Virus record (IMG/VR): IMGVR_UViG_3300005264_000040
Span: 96,001 to 160,000 of that record
From: a virus
Strand: one strand, 5' to 3'
Length of the DNA stretch: 64,000 bases
Positions 1 to 9,984 of the stretch are shown in pieces (position 1 is the stretch's first letter; each line of letters begins with the position of its first letter). The position numbers were made by a program, and so were the translations under genes. The notes beneath the pieces were generated by a model that saw only the letters and a list, made by a program, of their open reading frames with translations, did not search any database and was not told the DNA's origin.

Positions 1-103
1 ATTTCTTTTTATCAAGAATAGTTTCTGGTGTAATTTCGATATCGTATTCTACCAAGTGTTCAGAAGTCATTTTTTTTGCTGCAGTTTCTGAAAGCACTAT
101 AGC
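1..103 (-). CDS. rpoB: Out-of-frame continuation of RNAP beta (AIVLSETAAKKMTSEHLVEYDIEITPETILDKKK...), runs off the window
   Basis: Manual translation of 103..2 on the minus strand gives the RpoB segment that normally follows GYNFED. Not in the ORF track. Confidence 0.85.
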
Positions 104-2030
104 ATGCTGTTTTTAAATTTTTACCTGTTGTAAGCTGATTCTTTTTAGAATAATTACTTTCTGCCAAAACAGTTCCTGGAGATACTTTATCTCCTTTTTT
201 GATTTTAGGAGTATGTCTAATGAAACTCGTAGGACCCGTTTTCAAATATGAGGCCATATTAAAGGTCTTAATAGTACCGTCTGGCTGTTTTACTTTGATA
301 GAGTTTTCAGACACGTCAGAGACGACGCCAGACACATCTGAGACGATATTAGTTTCAGTTGCAAGTAATTTTCCTACATCTGTTTTTCCTTTTTGAGTAG
401 CTTGTACTAAAGGTATCTCAGCATCTTTTAATGGGATAGCTTGTGTCATCTGTTTTGCTGCCATAGCAGCCCTACCTCCCTGCAATGATTGTAAATAAGG
501 AATTTGCAAGGTGGTTGCATCAAATAATTGATCTACATCTGTAAAAATATGAGTTACATCTTTTCTATTTACAACATCAAGTTTTCCGTGATTTAATGCT
601 TTTACATCATTTTCTTTTGCTATCCATTTTATGTTTTTCACTTTGCCTTTATCATCTTTTTCTATTTTAGCTTCTCCATATAATGCAATAACATATTTAT
701 CATAGTCAATTGGTCTTACCAGTTCATAATCTTTCTTCTTAATATTATAAAGTTTAGCTGCCAAATCTTTCCCTTTTCCTTTTTTAACAACTTGAGTTTG
801 CATAGTTTTATACAATGTTACACCTAACTTATCCGATTCAGGTGTATGAACAGGATCTACAACTCCAAATTGATAATCGTTTAAAGACCTATCCATTGTA
901 GTAATTTGTTGTTCGTCTTCCAACCCGCCTTCACCTGTTAATATAACTTTATTATTGTGTGCTAAAACAGAGAGAGGGTTATAACCATCCACTACTTGAG
1001 ATAATGATGAAGTTTTAAAAAATTTGAATATTGTGTTTGAAAATGTTTTTTTCAAAAATTCCAAATCTTTTATAGAAGATATAGAATCAACTTTATCTTC
1101 TAACGATTTTTGTATATATTTCATTTGATTTGAAAGTTTTTCTCCTAGTATATCTTCTATTTCAACAACTTTTTTGTATTTAAAATTAGAAGTTTCTGTA
1201 GGTTCTTTTTTACCTCCAGCTAAATCTATTGCAGATTTTATTAAATCTACTATATAATCTAAAGAAACTTTTTCGTGGGGAACATCAATGTTTAATTGAT
1301 TAACTTCAGGATCCATTATAGTTCCATTGAAATAGTCTTTAATTTTATCTACCATATAAGAATGTTCCCTTTTTTCAGGGTCCTTAAATATAATCTTATA
1401 AAAAGTTTCTACTGCTTGCTGAGAAGCTGTATTCAAATCTCCTTTAACATGTTTCAATGCATCATCAACAACATCTTTTCCTAACTTCTTTTTTAAATTT
1501 TCTACGCTATATCCCATACCAATTAAGAATGGGATAGCATCCATTGTTTTTGACATAAATAATTTAATTGTGCCTTTAATTGGATTATAAATTATTTTAA
1601 AATTCAAACCTTTTTCAAGGAAAGCCCTTGCTTCGTATTCGTCTCTTGAAGTTAATTTGAGATAGGATCCAGCTTTAAGTCTTAATTGAGTTGGAACAGA
1701 ATACTGTGTTCCATCTACAATAAAAGTCCCATGAATTCCCATAATAGGAAATTCCATAAGCGTAATCGTATCTTCATCTATTATTTTATTATTCTTTTTT
1801 AATTGTAATTTTGTATTAAGTTTAGCAGTAAGACTTCTATCAGTATTAAAGATTTCTTCAAGTTCTTTATAGTCTTTATAAGCTTCAGCCATATCTATTT
1901 TATAATCAACTAAATCAATAATTTGTGTTTTACCTTTAATAGGGAAAACTTTTTTTAATAATTGTTCTGCAGTTCTGATTAAAGAATTATTGACTCTTTC
2001 AACTGTTTTTTTAAGACTATTTTCAGACAT
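60..2030 (-). CDS. rpoB: Multisubunit RNA polymerase beta subunit, N-terminal and central part; reading frame breaks at about position 104
   Basis: RpoB motif equivalents in the correct order: GTFIVDGTQYSVPTQL, LSQVVDGYNPLSVLAH..GEGGL, FGVVDPVHTPE, IPYL..GRAAMAAKQMTQAIPL, GKNLKTA. Compact phage-type version. Confidence 0.93.
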   Translation of the reverse strand: MSENSLKKTVERVNNSLIRTAEQLLKKVFPIKGKTQIIDLVDYKIDMAEAYKDYKELEEIFNTDRSLTAKLNTKLQLKKNNKIIDEDTITLMEFPIMGIHGTFIVDGTQYSVPTQLRLKAGSYLKLTSRDEYEARAFLEKGLNFKIIYNPIKGTIKLFMSKTMDAIPFLIGMGYSVENLKKKLGKDVVDDALKHVKGDLNTASQQAVETFYKIIFKDPEKREHSYMVDKIKDYFNGTIMDPEVNQLNIDVPHEKVSLDYIVDLIKSAIDLAGGKKEPTETSNFKYKKVVEIEDILGEKLSNQMKYIQKSLEDKVDSISSIKDLEFLKKTFSNTIFKFFKTSSLSQVVDGYNPLSVLAHNNKVILTGEGGLEDEQQITTMDRSLNDYQFGVVDPVHTPESDKLGVTLYKTMQTQVVKKGKGKDLAAKLYNIKKKDYELVRPIDYDKYVIALYGEAKIEKDDKGKVKNIKWIAKENDVKALNHGKLDVVNRKDVTHIFTDVDQLFDATTLQIPYLQSLQGGRAAMAAKQMTQAIPLKDAEIPLVQATQKGKTDVGKLLATETNIVSDVSGVVSDVSENSIKVKQPDGTIKTFNMASYLKTGPTSFIRHTPKIKKGDKVSPGTVLAESNYSKKNQLTTGKNLKTACYSAFRNCSKKNDF

Positions 2031-2071
2031 AGAAAATGCACCACCTTCTTAAAATTGTTTTCTTCAATGGT

Positions 2072-2080
2072 ATTATATCA
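2072..2080 (-). promoter_or_regulatory. Extended -10 promoter TGATATAAT for the RNAP beta gene
   Basis: Exact TGnTATAAT about 40 nt upstream of the start, with an AGGTGGTG-type Shine-Dalgarno in between. Confidence 0.7.
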
Positions 2081-2088
2081 TAAAAAGG

Positions 2089-2115
2089 AAAACAGTCGCT
2101 ACGTGCGACTGTTTT
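2089..2115 (-). terminator. Intrinsic terminator
   Basis: 11-bp stem AAAACAGTCGC/GCGACTGTTTT followed by a T-tract on the minus strand, just downstream of 2127..3026. Confidence 0.75.
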
Positions 2116-2126
2116 GTTATATTGAT

Positions 2127-3026
2127 TTAATAATCATAATCCTCATATTCTTGGTATGAATTATCATAATCATTGTATTCATCATAAATTGGCTCTTCGT
2201 TCTCTACAATAGGAGCATGTTGGCCTATAGTTATATCTCTGTCTTCACCTTTATACTCCTTACCACTAGAATATGTTTCTTGGGTACCACCTACAACTTC
2301 ATCAAAGGTTGCTATTTGCGAATCTTCCACTTGTTCTAATTGTAATTCAAGGAATTCAATAGGACTTTGTTCAGATTCTTTATCGTATCTATAAAGCAAT
2401 TCAATAGCTTTTAAAGCGAGAGAAGCATTTCTAGGATCTGACATATTAGCCTTTAATTGATCTTGAATAGCTTTCATTCCAGAAGCAATTAATAATTTCA
2501 TAAAATCTTTTGGAGCAACATCAGGAATTAAACCTAAAGAAAGTTCCGCATCCATTCTTCTTCCTGTATATACTAAATTTAATTTTTCTGCATATTGTGC
2601 TCCCATATGATTAATAATATCAAGAATTTTATCCATATCAACACCAGTTGTATCCCAAAACACTTTATGAAAAGCTTCAATAGCAGGTGCAGGATAAAAA
2701 CCATAACCTGCTTGAGATATTCTAGTGGATATTTTGTCATAATCTTCAGTTCCGTCTAATTCCATACTTCCTATCAAAACTGTTCTTAAATCTTTATTTA
2801 CCAAAAATCTATAAAACAAAATATCAAAATCTGGGTCAATTGCTTCATTCCTTAACCATTTCAAAAGACGATATACCCACTCATTTGGTGGGGTCTTTTC
2901 TAATACTATTTTAAATTCGTCTTTATTTATTGTAGGCAAACTCATTTTTTTTAATTCTCTATTAATTTCATTGAAATTCATACCGTAGAGGAAAAAGCCT
3001 TGTAACATTCTTAGGTATGGCACCAT
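2127..3026 (-). CDS. Hypothetical phage protein with acidic C-terminal tail
   Basis: 299-aa ORF with GGAGG SD and its own TGATATAAT at 3062..3070. No family recognised with confidence. Confidence 0.8.
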   Translation of the reverse strand: MVPYLRMLQGFFLYGMNFNEINRELKKMSLPTINKDEFKIVLEKTPPNEWVYRLLKWLRNEAIDPDFDILFYRFLVNKDLRTVLIGSMELDGTEDYDKISTRISQAGYGFYPAPAIEAFHKVFWDTTGVDMDKILDIINHMGAQYAEKLNLVYTGRRMDAELSLGLIPDVAPKDFMKLLIASGMKAIQDQLKANMSDPRNASLALKAIELLYRYDKESEQSPIEFLELQLEQVEDSQIATFDEVVGGTQETYSSGKEYKGEDRDITIGQHAPIVENEEPIYDEYNDYDNSYQEYEDYDY

Positions 3027-3105
3027 GTTAAAACCTCCGTTTTGACAAAACGCTCAATCCTATTATATCACATGTTTTGACGTTCTTGCCAAAAATACTA
3101 AAAAT

Positions 3106-3127
3106 AAAGGCCTTTTGACAGGCCTTT
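3106..3127 (-). terminator. Hairpin terminator
   Basis: AAAGGCCT/AGGCCTTT stem at the end of 3126..5126, followed by T-rich sequence on the minus strand. Confidence 0.55.
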
Positions 3128-5126
3128 AAAGTAATCTTTTGTACCCTTTTTGTTTTAACTCTTGATAATCACGTCTATCATTAATAAAAATATATCCCAG
3201 TTCAACCATTATATGAATTTTTTCATATGGATTTTCGGAGGTTATAACTATTTTGTTTCGTTTTGAAAAGAAAGAAATCAAATTTCTTTTTAAAAATTCT
3301 TCAATGAGCTCGTCAAAATAGCCTATGAAAGCTATACTTCTTTTAGGTTCCAAACGTTCGACAAAAGGTAAATTAGTGTATATAGAATTAGTATTATTAG
3401 TTATAATAGTGAAAAGTGCTTTTTGTTCGCGAGATATTTTTGCATCTATCGTATTTGAAGCTTTGTTTTTTAAAATGAAATATGAATTTTCAATAGGAAT
3501 AATATTTGTGCTTTGAACAAAAATTCTTGTGTCTATCATAATACTTGTTTCTTCACCTAAAGCTTTAACTTGGCAATCAATAGATAAAGGTCGCATACCA
3601 TTCTCATTAACTACAATCATTCCTATATCTTTTTTTAATCTTACATAATTTGTATAATCTCTATGAATAGAATTATAAACATCAAAAGAATTTTGTTGTT
3701 TTAAAATAGGGATTGAATATCCTGAGATAAACAAAGAATCGTTTTGCGGGGATGCAATTTGGGTTTCAATCGCGTTTTGTATATAAATTTGAATTTGCGA
3801 AACATTATTTATAATTATGTTTTTTTGAACCTGCGGTGGCATTTGACTTATATTTGTATAATGAAAAATATAAACATTGGAATCATTTGCCTCTCCCATT
3901 AAATATGTTTCATCGGAATTTATAAATACACCATATGTTTGTGTTGGATTTTTTGGATACAAAGAATCAATAGAAGTATTATATAAAGGAGCTTCAAATA
4001 TTTTCATTCCTTCAGAAAGATTTAATCGTACTACTGTTAAAGTTTCAGAATTAACATCTTTTTTTATAAAAGTTAAAATATAAGCATTTCCCGTATACTC
4101 CAATTCTCCCAACGATGTATGTGTGCCAAAATGTTTTGGAAAATTCACATAATCAAAAGCATCTTCAATATGGATAGTTCTTAACAACCCTGAATATATA
4201 GTGTTGTTTTGGTACGAAATATCAATTTTATATATATATATTTTTTTATTAATAGCATCTCTTGTATATATATATAAAGTTCTATTTTCATAAACACCAA
4301 CAAAATTAGCATCAATCAATGTTCCTGTTATGTGTATGTTTTTTGAAAAATCAACTTGTCCCGTAACGGTATTAATAGCTTCAACATACCAACCATTAGC
4401 ATCAGTTCTAATTATTATATAATATTTAGGCTCAGTTCCTCCTACAGGATCAAAAAAGAAAGCTCTAATTACATAAGATATGTTAAAGTGGTTCAAAAGA
4501 GAAACGTTATTGTTACTAATTTCAAAAACATATAATTGTTGATAAAAAACAAATAAAAATTTATCTTTCAATAAATAGTTAGGAGCTCGCCAATATTGGT
4601 AATGCTTTAATACCTGAGAGGAGATTGTGTATAGACTACTTAAAGTACCGTTAAGAGGATTATCTTTAACATAATCATATTTATATAAAACACTAGAATA
4701 AGAATCACTCGTTGCAAGGATTAAAAAACTTTGATTTATATCATCATATTGTGGGGTTATATTTCGTGTAAATAATATTTTTCCATCTATTATTAAGTTA
4801 TGAAATCTTTTTGTTGTAGGGTTTGTAGGATATATAAATTCATTCGCAATACCATCTGTTGTTATAAAAAAACCATTTGAAGATAAGTTTGTTAAATACA
4901 ATGCGTTATGATCTTTATCATACAAAAAACTATATTTTGGATCAAACGGAAATACAGTAGAGGAATTAAAGGCAATTCCATATATACTATGGAATTGCTT
5001 GGCATAATAAAAAGGAGGATAATCTCTCAATGCATCTGCATAATAAGAAGATAAAGATTGATAACCTGTAAACGAATAATAATCATTAATATTGAATAAA
5101 TATAAATATTTTGACAAAACAGCCAT
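3126..5126 (-). CDS. Modular virion-surface or adhesin-like protein: beta-rich (propeller-like) head, short stalk, shared C-terminal module
   Basis: Y/I/N-rich beta-strand pattern. C-terminus IAFIGYFDELIEEFLKRNL...YIFINDRRDYQEL is shared with paralogues. Confidence 0.6.
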   Translation of the reverse strand: MAVLSKYLYLFNINDYYSFTGYQSLSSYYADALRDYPPFYYAKQFHSIYGIAFNSSTVFPFDPKYSFLYDKDHNALYLTNLSSNGFFITTDGIANEFIYPTNPTTKRFHNLIIDGKILFTRNITPQYDDINQSFLILATSDSYSSVLYKYDYVKDNPLNGTLSSLYTISSQVLKHYQYWRAPNYLLKDKFLFVFYQQLYVFEISNNNVSLLNHFNISYVIRAFFFDPVGGTEPKYYIIIRTDANGWYVEAINTVTGQVDFSKNIHITGTLIDANFVGVYENRTLYIYTRDAINKKIYIYKIDISYQNNTIYSGLLRTIHIEDAFDYVNFPKHFGTHTSLGELEYTGNAYILTFIKKDVNSETLTVVRLNLSEGMKIFEAPLYNTSIDSLYPKNPTQTYGVFINSDETYLMGEANDSNVYIFHYTNISQMPPQVQKNIIINNVSQIQIYIQNAIETQIASPQNDSLFISGYSIPILKQQNSFDVYNSIHRDYTNYVRLKKDIGMIVVNENGMRPLSIDCQVKALGEETSIMIDTRIFVQSTNIIPIENSYFILKNKASNTIDAKISREQKALFTIITNNTNSIYTNLPFVERLEPKRSIAFIGYFDELIEEFLKRNLISFFSKRNKIVITSENPYEKIHIMVELGYIFINDRRDYQELKQKGYKRLL

Positions 5127-5142
5127 ATTATTACACCTCTTT

Positions 5143-6609
5143 TTATTCTATTTTTATATAAAGTTTTGAATACGGATCTGAATCGTTCTTTATTATTCTT
5201 CCATCGATTTTAAAGTAACTTACAAGATTTCTTTCTAAAAGAGCATAAGCAACTTTTTCTTGCCTCCCGGAAAGTGTAATTGTAGTATTAGATTCAATTT
5301 CATTTAAGATAGGAATGTTTTTATAAATAACATTTCTGTTATTTATAATAATGGTTTGATAATCATGTTTTTGTTTTAAATTTAAGTCTTCAACATTAAT
5401 ATCAGTTCTTATTCCATTTTGTATATTTTTTAAATGATATACAAAATTTTTATAAACTTCATTTACTGTTTCTCTTATTTGCAAAATTAATTCGTTTTCG
5501 TTTATAAACTTCGAAAATGAAAGAACTACATTTTTCCCCATTGAAACAGGCAAAACACTGATTTTTATTTCTTTTGTAGAAAAATCTATTATATATACAT
5601 GAAGTTGTTTTAATTTTATGTTGTATTTCAAAGCTAAAAGTTTTTTATTAGTTGGATTATAATAAAAGTCTTCTATAAAATCAGGATAAAAATTAGTTTT
5701 AGGTATTGGGTACATTTCTATTACAGTATTAGTTGTTTTATTTATATTCCAAAAGCAATATTCTGAAACTAAAATATTATTGGATACTATTTTCCCTTCA
5801 GTAATTAAATATAAATTAGAACCTTCTTCTTTAAAATTAACTACTTCTGAAATATCTATCTTATAATTTTGATAAACTTTTGGCACAATATTTGTTTGGT
5901 TAGTACCATTTTGTACTTTCCCTTTTTTTGTCAAATAGCGATTTTCTGACAATCTGTATATTATTTTGTCATCAACAAAAGTATTATTGGTTAAATCACT
6001 ATATCCATATACTACATTATTTTTATAATCTTTCAGCATATTCTTTTTATTTATTATTCTATAACGCAGTTTATCCTTGTATATCATAGTTTCTTTTTGA
6101 ATTACACTTGAATAAAATAGATAAGGTTCTATAAAAGGCAAAAAGAAGATTTTTCCTTTTGTGTTTTTGTATGTTGGATCTAATCCGAATCCTCTTACAA
6201 TACTTGTGATATCGACTTGAGAAGAATCATTAGGATTAACTAACACAACTTTATTTTCTTCTAAAATATTAGAATTTTTTGTATATACTATTTTTATTTC
6301 AGAATTATAATTTATAACACCACTCGGAATTAAATCATCGAAAGGTTGAAAAGTTTTTACTACATCACATGTATTAGGATCTAATTCAAAGATAAGAGAT
6401 TCACCTCTAATGTAATTTGTTCCTTTTACCTCATAGTAATTTCGAGAACTAGAAGGCAAAGTTGTTGTATTTACAACAAGATTGGAGCTAGTATCATATT
6501 TAATGATTTTATTGTCATAAAAAATACAAATTAGATTACCATTCATTTTCACCGCAATATTTTTTTCGGGTATTGTATTTTGAATTATTATATTACTTAA
6601 AACACTCAT
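5143..6609 (-). CDS. Paralogue of 3126..5126, with the shared C-terminal module truncated
   Basis: C-terminus TIIINNRNVIYKNIP..LLERNLVSYF..PYSKLYIKIE aligns with TIITNNTNSIYTNLP..FLKRNLISFF..PYEKIHIMVE. Confidence 0.6.
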   Translation of the reverse strand: MSVLSNIIIQNTIPEKNIAVKMNGNLICIFYDNKIIKYDTSSNLVVNTTTLPSSSRNYYEVKGTNYIRGESLIFELDPNTCDVVKTFQPFDDLIPSGVINYNSEIKIVYTKNSNILEENKVVLVNPNDSSQVDITSIVRGFGLDPTYKNTKGKIFFLPFIEPYLFYSSVIQKETMIYKDKLRYRIINKKNMLKDYKNNVVYGYSDLTNNTFVDDKIIYRLSENRYLTKKGKVQNGTNQTNIVPKVYQNYKIDISEVVNFKEEGSNLYLITEGKIVSNNILVSEYCFWNINKTTNTVIEMYPIPKTNFYPDFIEDFYYNPTNKKLLALKYNIKLKQLHVYIIDFSTKEIKISVLPVSMGKNVVLSFSKFINENELILQIRETVNEVYKNFVYHLKNIQNGIRTDINVEDLNLKQKHDYQTIIINNRNVIYKNIPILNEIESNTTITLSGRQEKVAYALLERNLVSYFKIDGRIIKNDSDPYSKLYIKIE

Positions 6610-6638
6610 ATTTAATTCCTCCCTTCATCATTTATTTT

Positions 6639-6697
6639 ATTATAACAGAAAAAAAAAGAAAATTGCTATTGGAAGAAGTCTCAAATTATGTTATAAT
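6639..6697. promoter_or_regulatory. Divergent promoter pair
   Basis: TGTTATAAT on minus (6639..6647) and on plus (6689..6697). The plus copy has TTGGAA (6669..6674) at a 17-bp spacing. Confidence 0.7.
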
Positions 6698-6709
6698 TAT
6701 AATGAATAA

Positions 6710-7351
6710 TTGAAAGGGGGGTACGTTGTGAAATTCATTGTTTTTGAAGGAATAGACGGCTCAGGCAAAAGTACTTTGTTAAATAAATTAGCAGAACATT
6801 TGACAACGAAAGGTTTTGATGTGGAGAAAATACAAAATCCTGGAACTTTCGAAATTAGTCAAGATATTAGAATGATTCTTGAAAAATATCCACGACTAGA
6901 AGAACAAGAAAAATTTTTATTATTCGCAACTAATCATTATTTAGTTTCAAAATATATTGCAGCTTTCCTTGATAATAAAAAGAAAATATTTCTTATGGAT
7001 AGATATATTTTCTCTACTTTTGTATATCAAAAAAACGAAACAAATGGTCTCACAATTGAATATATGAAATATGTATTCAAATACTTACCAATTATGCCTA
7101 CTTTAACAATTGTTGCGAAGGTGCATCCTCTCATTGCAAAAGAAAGAATACTTCAAAGATCTGAAAAGACTACTTTGGATGAGCATGCACTGAATAGACT
7201 TTTTGAACTGTATGACAGGTATGAAGAACTTCCTACTATTTTCCCAAATCAAAAATTTGAATTTATAAGTACAGCTAAAAGTGAAGAAGAAAGTTTTGAA
7301 AAACTGTTAGAAAAAGTAAAGCCTATTTTAGGTGATTTATATGTGGAATGA
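6710..7351 (+). CDS. tmk: Thymidylate (dTMP) kinase
   Basis: P-loop FEGIDGSGKST, DRY motif (MDRYIFSTFVYQ) and typical length. Confidence 0.92.
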   Translation: MKGGYVVKFIVFEGIDGSGKSTLLNKLAEHLTTKGFDVEKIQNPGTFEISQDIRMILEKYPRLEEQEKFLLFATNHYLVSKYIAAFLDNKKKIFLMDRYIFSTFVYQKNETNGLTIEYMKYVFKYLPIMPTLTIVAKVHPLIAKERILQRSEKTTLDEHALNRLFELYDRYEELPTIFPNQKFEFISTAKSEEESFEKLLEKVKPILGDLYVE

Positions 7352-7856
7352 GCTTTTTGCGGATAATATTTTTATATTAAGTGAAAGCTATGGTTTAATT
7401 TATTTTTATTACAAGAAAAACCCTTTAAAAAAAGCTTTGTATTATATTAATTACCCAGAAAAATGGTTTGACAAAATAATAGAATATGTTTCAAAAATAG
7501 AAATGCCTTTATCGGATGATATAAATAAAAAATTTTTAAAATTTACATTTTCTAAATTAGATAAGGCTTTAAGAGATATTCATTACACAAATAAAATTTC
7601 AGATCTTAAAAAGTTTTCAGGAAAAAAATTTTATGGTTCTTCGTTTATAATAGTTGATAAAGAAATAAATGTATTTAAAAACTTATATTTCCAATCTCCT
7701 TATTTTTCAACATATAATGTTGTTGTGCCTGTTTTAATAGATTCAATAAGAAAATTTAAAACTATTCAACCAGAATTATTAAAAGAAAGAGGTCTTTATG
7801 ATATTGATAATGCTGCACAATTATTTGAATTTATTGTAAGGAGGAATAATGCATGA
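7332..7856 (+). CDS. Hypothetical protein
   Basis: 174-aa ORF coupled to tmk, with AGGTGA SD. Confidence 0.7.
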   Translation: MIYMWNELFADNIFILSESYGLIYFYYKKNPLKKALYYINYPEKWFDKIIEYVSKIEMPLSDDINKKFLKFTFSKLDKALRDIHYTNKISDLKKFSGKKFYGSSFIIVDKEINVFKNLYFQSPYFSTYNVVVPVLIDSIRKFKTIQPELLKERGLYDIDNAAQLFEFIVRRNNA

Positions 7857-8074
7857 AAATGGTAATTAACAACAGTGGAAGTTGGTCCCGAAGGTCTCAA
7901 CCGATTTCTATTAGAATGGGAAACACACATTACACACACGAGGTGAAAATCGATGAAAAAACGTCCAATCCAGTGGTCAGATTTGGTTTCTATCATAAAA
8001 GAAGGATCGAAGAAGACGATTGCGATGTGTCCAAAATGTGGCAAGAAGACAGCGACGATTTCACACATTACTGA
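7853..8074 (+). CDS. Small hypothetical protein overlapping the next gene by 122 nt
   Basis: ATGA coupling to the previous stop and AGGAGG SD. Confidence 0.4.
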   Translation: MKMVINNSGSWSRRSQPISIRMGNTHYTHEVKIDEKTSNPVVRFGFYHKRRIEEDDCDVSKMWQEDSDDFTHY

Positions 8075-8228
8075 TATTCTATATTGCAAAAATTGTGGCT
8101 TTTATGGTACTATAGAAACAGTTTATCTTGTTAAAAATAAAACAGCAAAAAAAATAGGTTTAAAACCTCAAATGAAAGACCCAAGACCCAAAGAAGGGGA
8201 TACCTTACCCTTACCTTTGGATTTGTGA
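7953..8228 (+). CDS. Zinc-ribbon protein
   Basis: CPKC...CKNC and GAGGTG SD. Confidence 0.75.
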   Translation: MKKRPIQWSDLVSIIKEGSKKTIAMCPKCGKKTATISHITDILYCKNCGFYGTIETVYLVKNKTAKKIGLKPQMKDPRPKEGDTLPLPLDL

Positions 8229-8246
8229 AGGGAGGGAATTAGTTGC

Positions 8247-8726
8247 GTGTTCGCTTATTACGCTAATGACTATAACAAAGAATTCGTTAAAACGTGGTTT
8301 CTATACCAAAAACAAAATGTAGGAACCCTTTTAAGAGATTTAGGAGAAGAAGGATTTTTTACTAAATGGTCTATAGAACCTGTTGTATATATTCCGAGAC
8401 ACTTGTTTTTACCTATTTATAAAGATATGAACCATGTCTTGGAAAAATATAGTCAAATAAAAGTTTCTTCCATAAGTATTGAAAGAAAAAACTTAGGCAT
8501 TACAAGACCATTTATAATCAAATATAAAAAAACTTTTTATGCATTATCCCCTACAAAATGTATGTCATTATCAGTATTAACTCATCCGTTAGAACTTAAA
8601 ATTCAAGAAAGGTATTTTTACAATGCTTTCAAATGGTTTTTCAAATACATGGAGAAAGTTCTTAAAACAACCTCTGAAGATGTAAAAGATTTAGCAACTG
8701 TTTTTTATGTCAATCCAAACATTTAG
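8247..8726 (+). CDS. Hypothetical protein
   Basis: 159-aa ORF with GGAGGG SD. Confidence 0.7.
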   Translation: MFAYYANDYNKEFVKTWFLYQKQNVGTLLRDLGEEGFFTKWSIEPVVYIPRHLFLPIYKDMNHVLEKYSQIKVSSISIERKNLGITRPFIIKYKKTFYALSPTKCMSLSVLTHPLELKIQERYFYNAFKWFFKYMEKVLKTTSEDVKDLATVFYVNPNI

Positions 8727-8740
8727 AAAGGTGGAGAAAA

Positions 8741-9124
8741 ATGGCAGAATCTTACGAATTTATAATTGAACAAGTTCCTCCAAGTGTCAATCGAATTTAC
8801 AGATTTAATAGAAGATATGGTAATATGTACAAAACAAAAGAAGCAAAGGATTTCCAAGATAAATATATTTTACCTAAGTATAAAGGAAAATTTTTTAAGA
8901 CAGAAAAGGTAAAACTGAGCATTATTTTTGTGCATAATAGAGATAGAGATATTGACAACATTTTAAAAGTATTATTAGATTCATTTCAGAAAATTATTTA
9001 TGAAAATGACAAACAAGTATATGAGTTGAATATAAAGAAAGTTAAGAGGAAAGGTACATCTTTCGTAAAAGTAAAAGTAGAAGAATTGCCGCCAGAAGCA
9101 ATAGAGGGGGTGGGGTTAATTTGA
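8741..9124 (+). CDS. rusA: RusA-family Holliday junction resolvase
   Basis: PPSVN motif, RDRDIDNILKVLLDS and ENDKQV motifs. Confidence 0.88.
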   Translation: MAESYEFIIEQVPPSVNRIYRFNRRYGNMYKTKEAKDFQDKYILPKYKGKFFKTEKVKLSIIFVHNRDRDIDNILKVLLDSFQKIIYENDKQVYELNIKKVKRKGTSFVKVKVEELPPEAIEGVGLI

Positions 9125-9684
9125 AAAAAGATTCTGTTATTTATAGTATCCCTAGTAAATTAAACAAACTAAAAACAAGCGATTTACAAAGTTTAATTAT
9201 TTCATATGCAGAAGAAGTCGGCGTAAGTTCTCCTAGTTTTATCAGGACATTAATTGATTTTTTAATTACTTTTTTAAAAGAAATAATTCCTGAAGAAGAA
9301 TATGAGACTTGGCCCGAAAAAGATGAGTATGTCCAAATGGTAAAAGATTTACTTTCTTCTTTTGATGAAAACTTTACTACTTTACAAAAAATTACATTGA
9401 TAAAAGAAAGCAAAACTACTTTCAACCCAAATCTTTATGCTTCACAATCATGGGAATTAGATGATTTGTTAAACACTTGGTTTAAAGAAGCTATTTACGA
9501 CATGATTTTGGATTATTTCGATAAAGTAGATGAAGTTAATATAAACAGCCCTTTGTTATTGGATTATCTTGTAAAACAATTAAAAATTTCTAGCAATGAG
9601 AAAGCACATTCTGTTGTAGTAAAAATTTCTAATACAAAAACAATGACTGCAGATGTAATGATTATAAAAAATGGACCTCAATAA
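9121..9684 (+). CDS. Hypothetical protein
   Basis: 187-aa ORF coupled to rusA. Confidence 0.7.
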   Translation: MKKDSVIYSIPSKLNKLKTSDLQSLIISYAEEVGVSSPSFIRTLIDFLITFLKEIIPEEEYETWPEKDEYVQMVKDLLSSFDENFTTLQKITLIKESKTTFNPNLYASQSWELDDLLNTWFKEAIYDMILDYFDKVDEVNINSPLLLDYLVKQLKISSNEKAHSVVVKISNTKTMTADVMIIKNGPQ

Positions 9685-9699
9685 AGGTCCATTATTTTT

Positions 9700-9984
9700 T
9701 TAAAGATATTTTTTTAAATCAGAAGCTGGTCTGAACTTTACTACAATTCTATCTCTTGTTTGTACTTGTCTCTTTTCTGGTGTAAAACCAAGAGTATAAA
9801 GTTTTCCTTTCCTTTTTTCTGCTTTAAAGGCACCAAAACCTCTGAATTTTACAGAACCTTCCTTTTCTATAAGTTCTTCTTTCATTACGTCCAATGCGTA
9901 GTTAAGGACATCTTTTACCACTTTTTTGCTTGCTTCTCCACTCATCTTGTTTGCTACGATATTAATAAGTTCTCCTTTAGTCAT
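9700..9984 (-). CDS. hup: HU/IHF-family DNA-binding protein
   Basis: MTKGELIN start, GSVKFRGFGAF and VVKFRPASDLK motifs. Promoter TGCTATAAT at 10028..10036. Confidence 0.92.
   Translation of the reverse strand: MTKGELINIVANKMSGEASKKVVKDVLNYALDVMKEELIEKEGSVKFRGFGAFKAEKRKGKLYTLGFTPEKRQVQTRDRIVVKFRPASDLKKYL

Noticed and set aside
60-107. Group I intron or intein interrupting rpoB
   Set aside because: There is no inserted sequence; the two RpoB blocks are adjacent with sequence missing rather than added.
4229-4276. Short (TA)n runs resembling the palindrome core
   Set aside because: They lie inside a coding region (Ile/Tyr codons) and lack the GC-rich symmetric arms.
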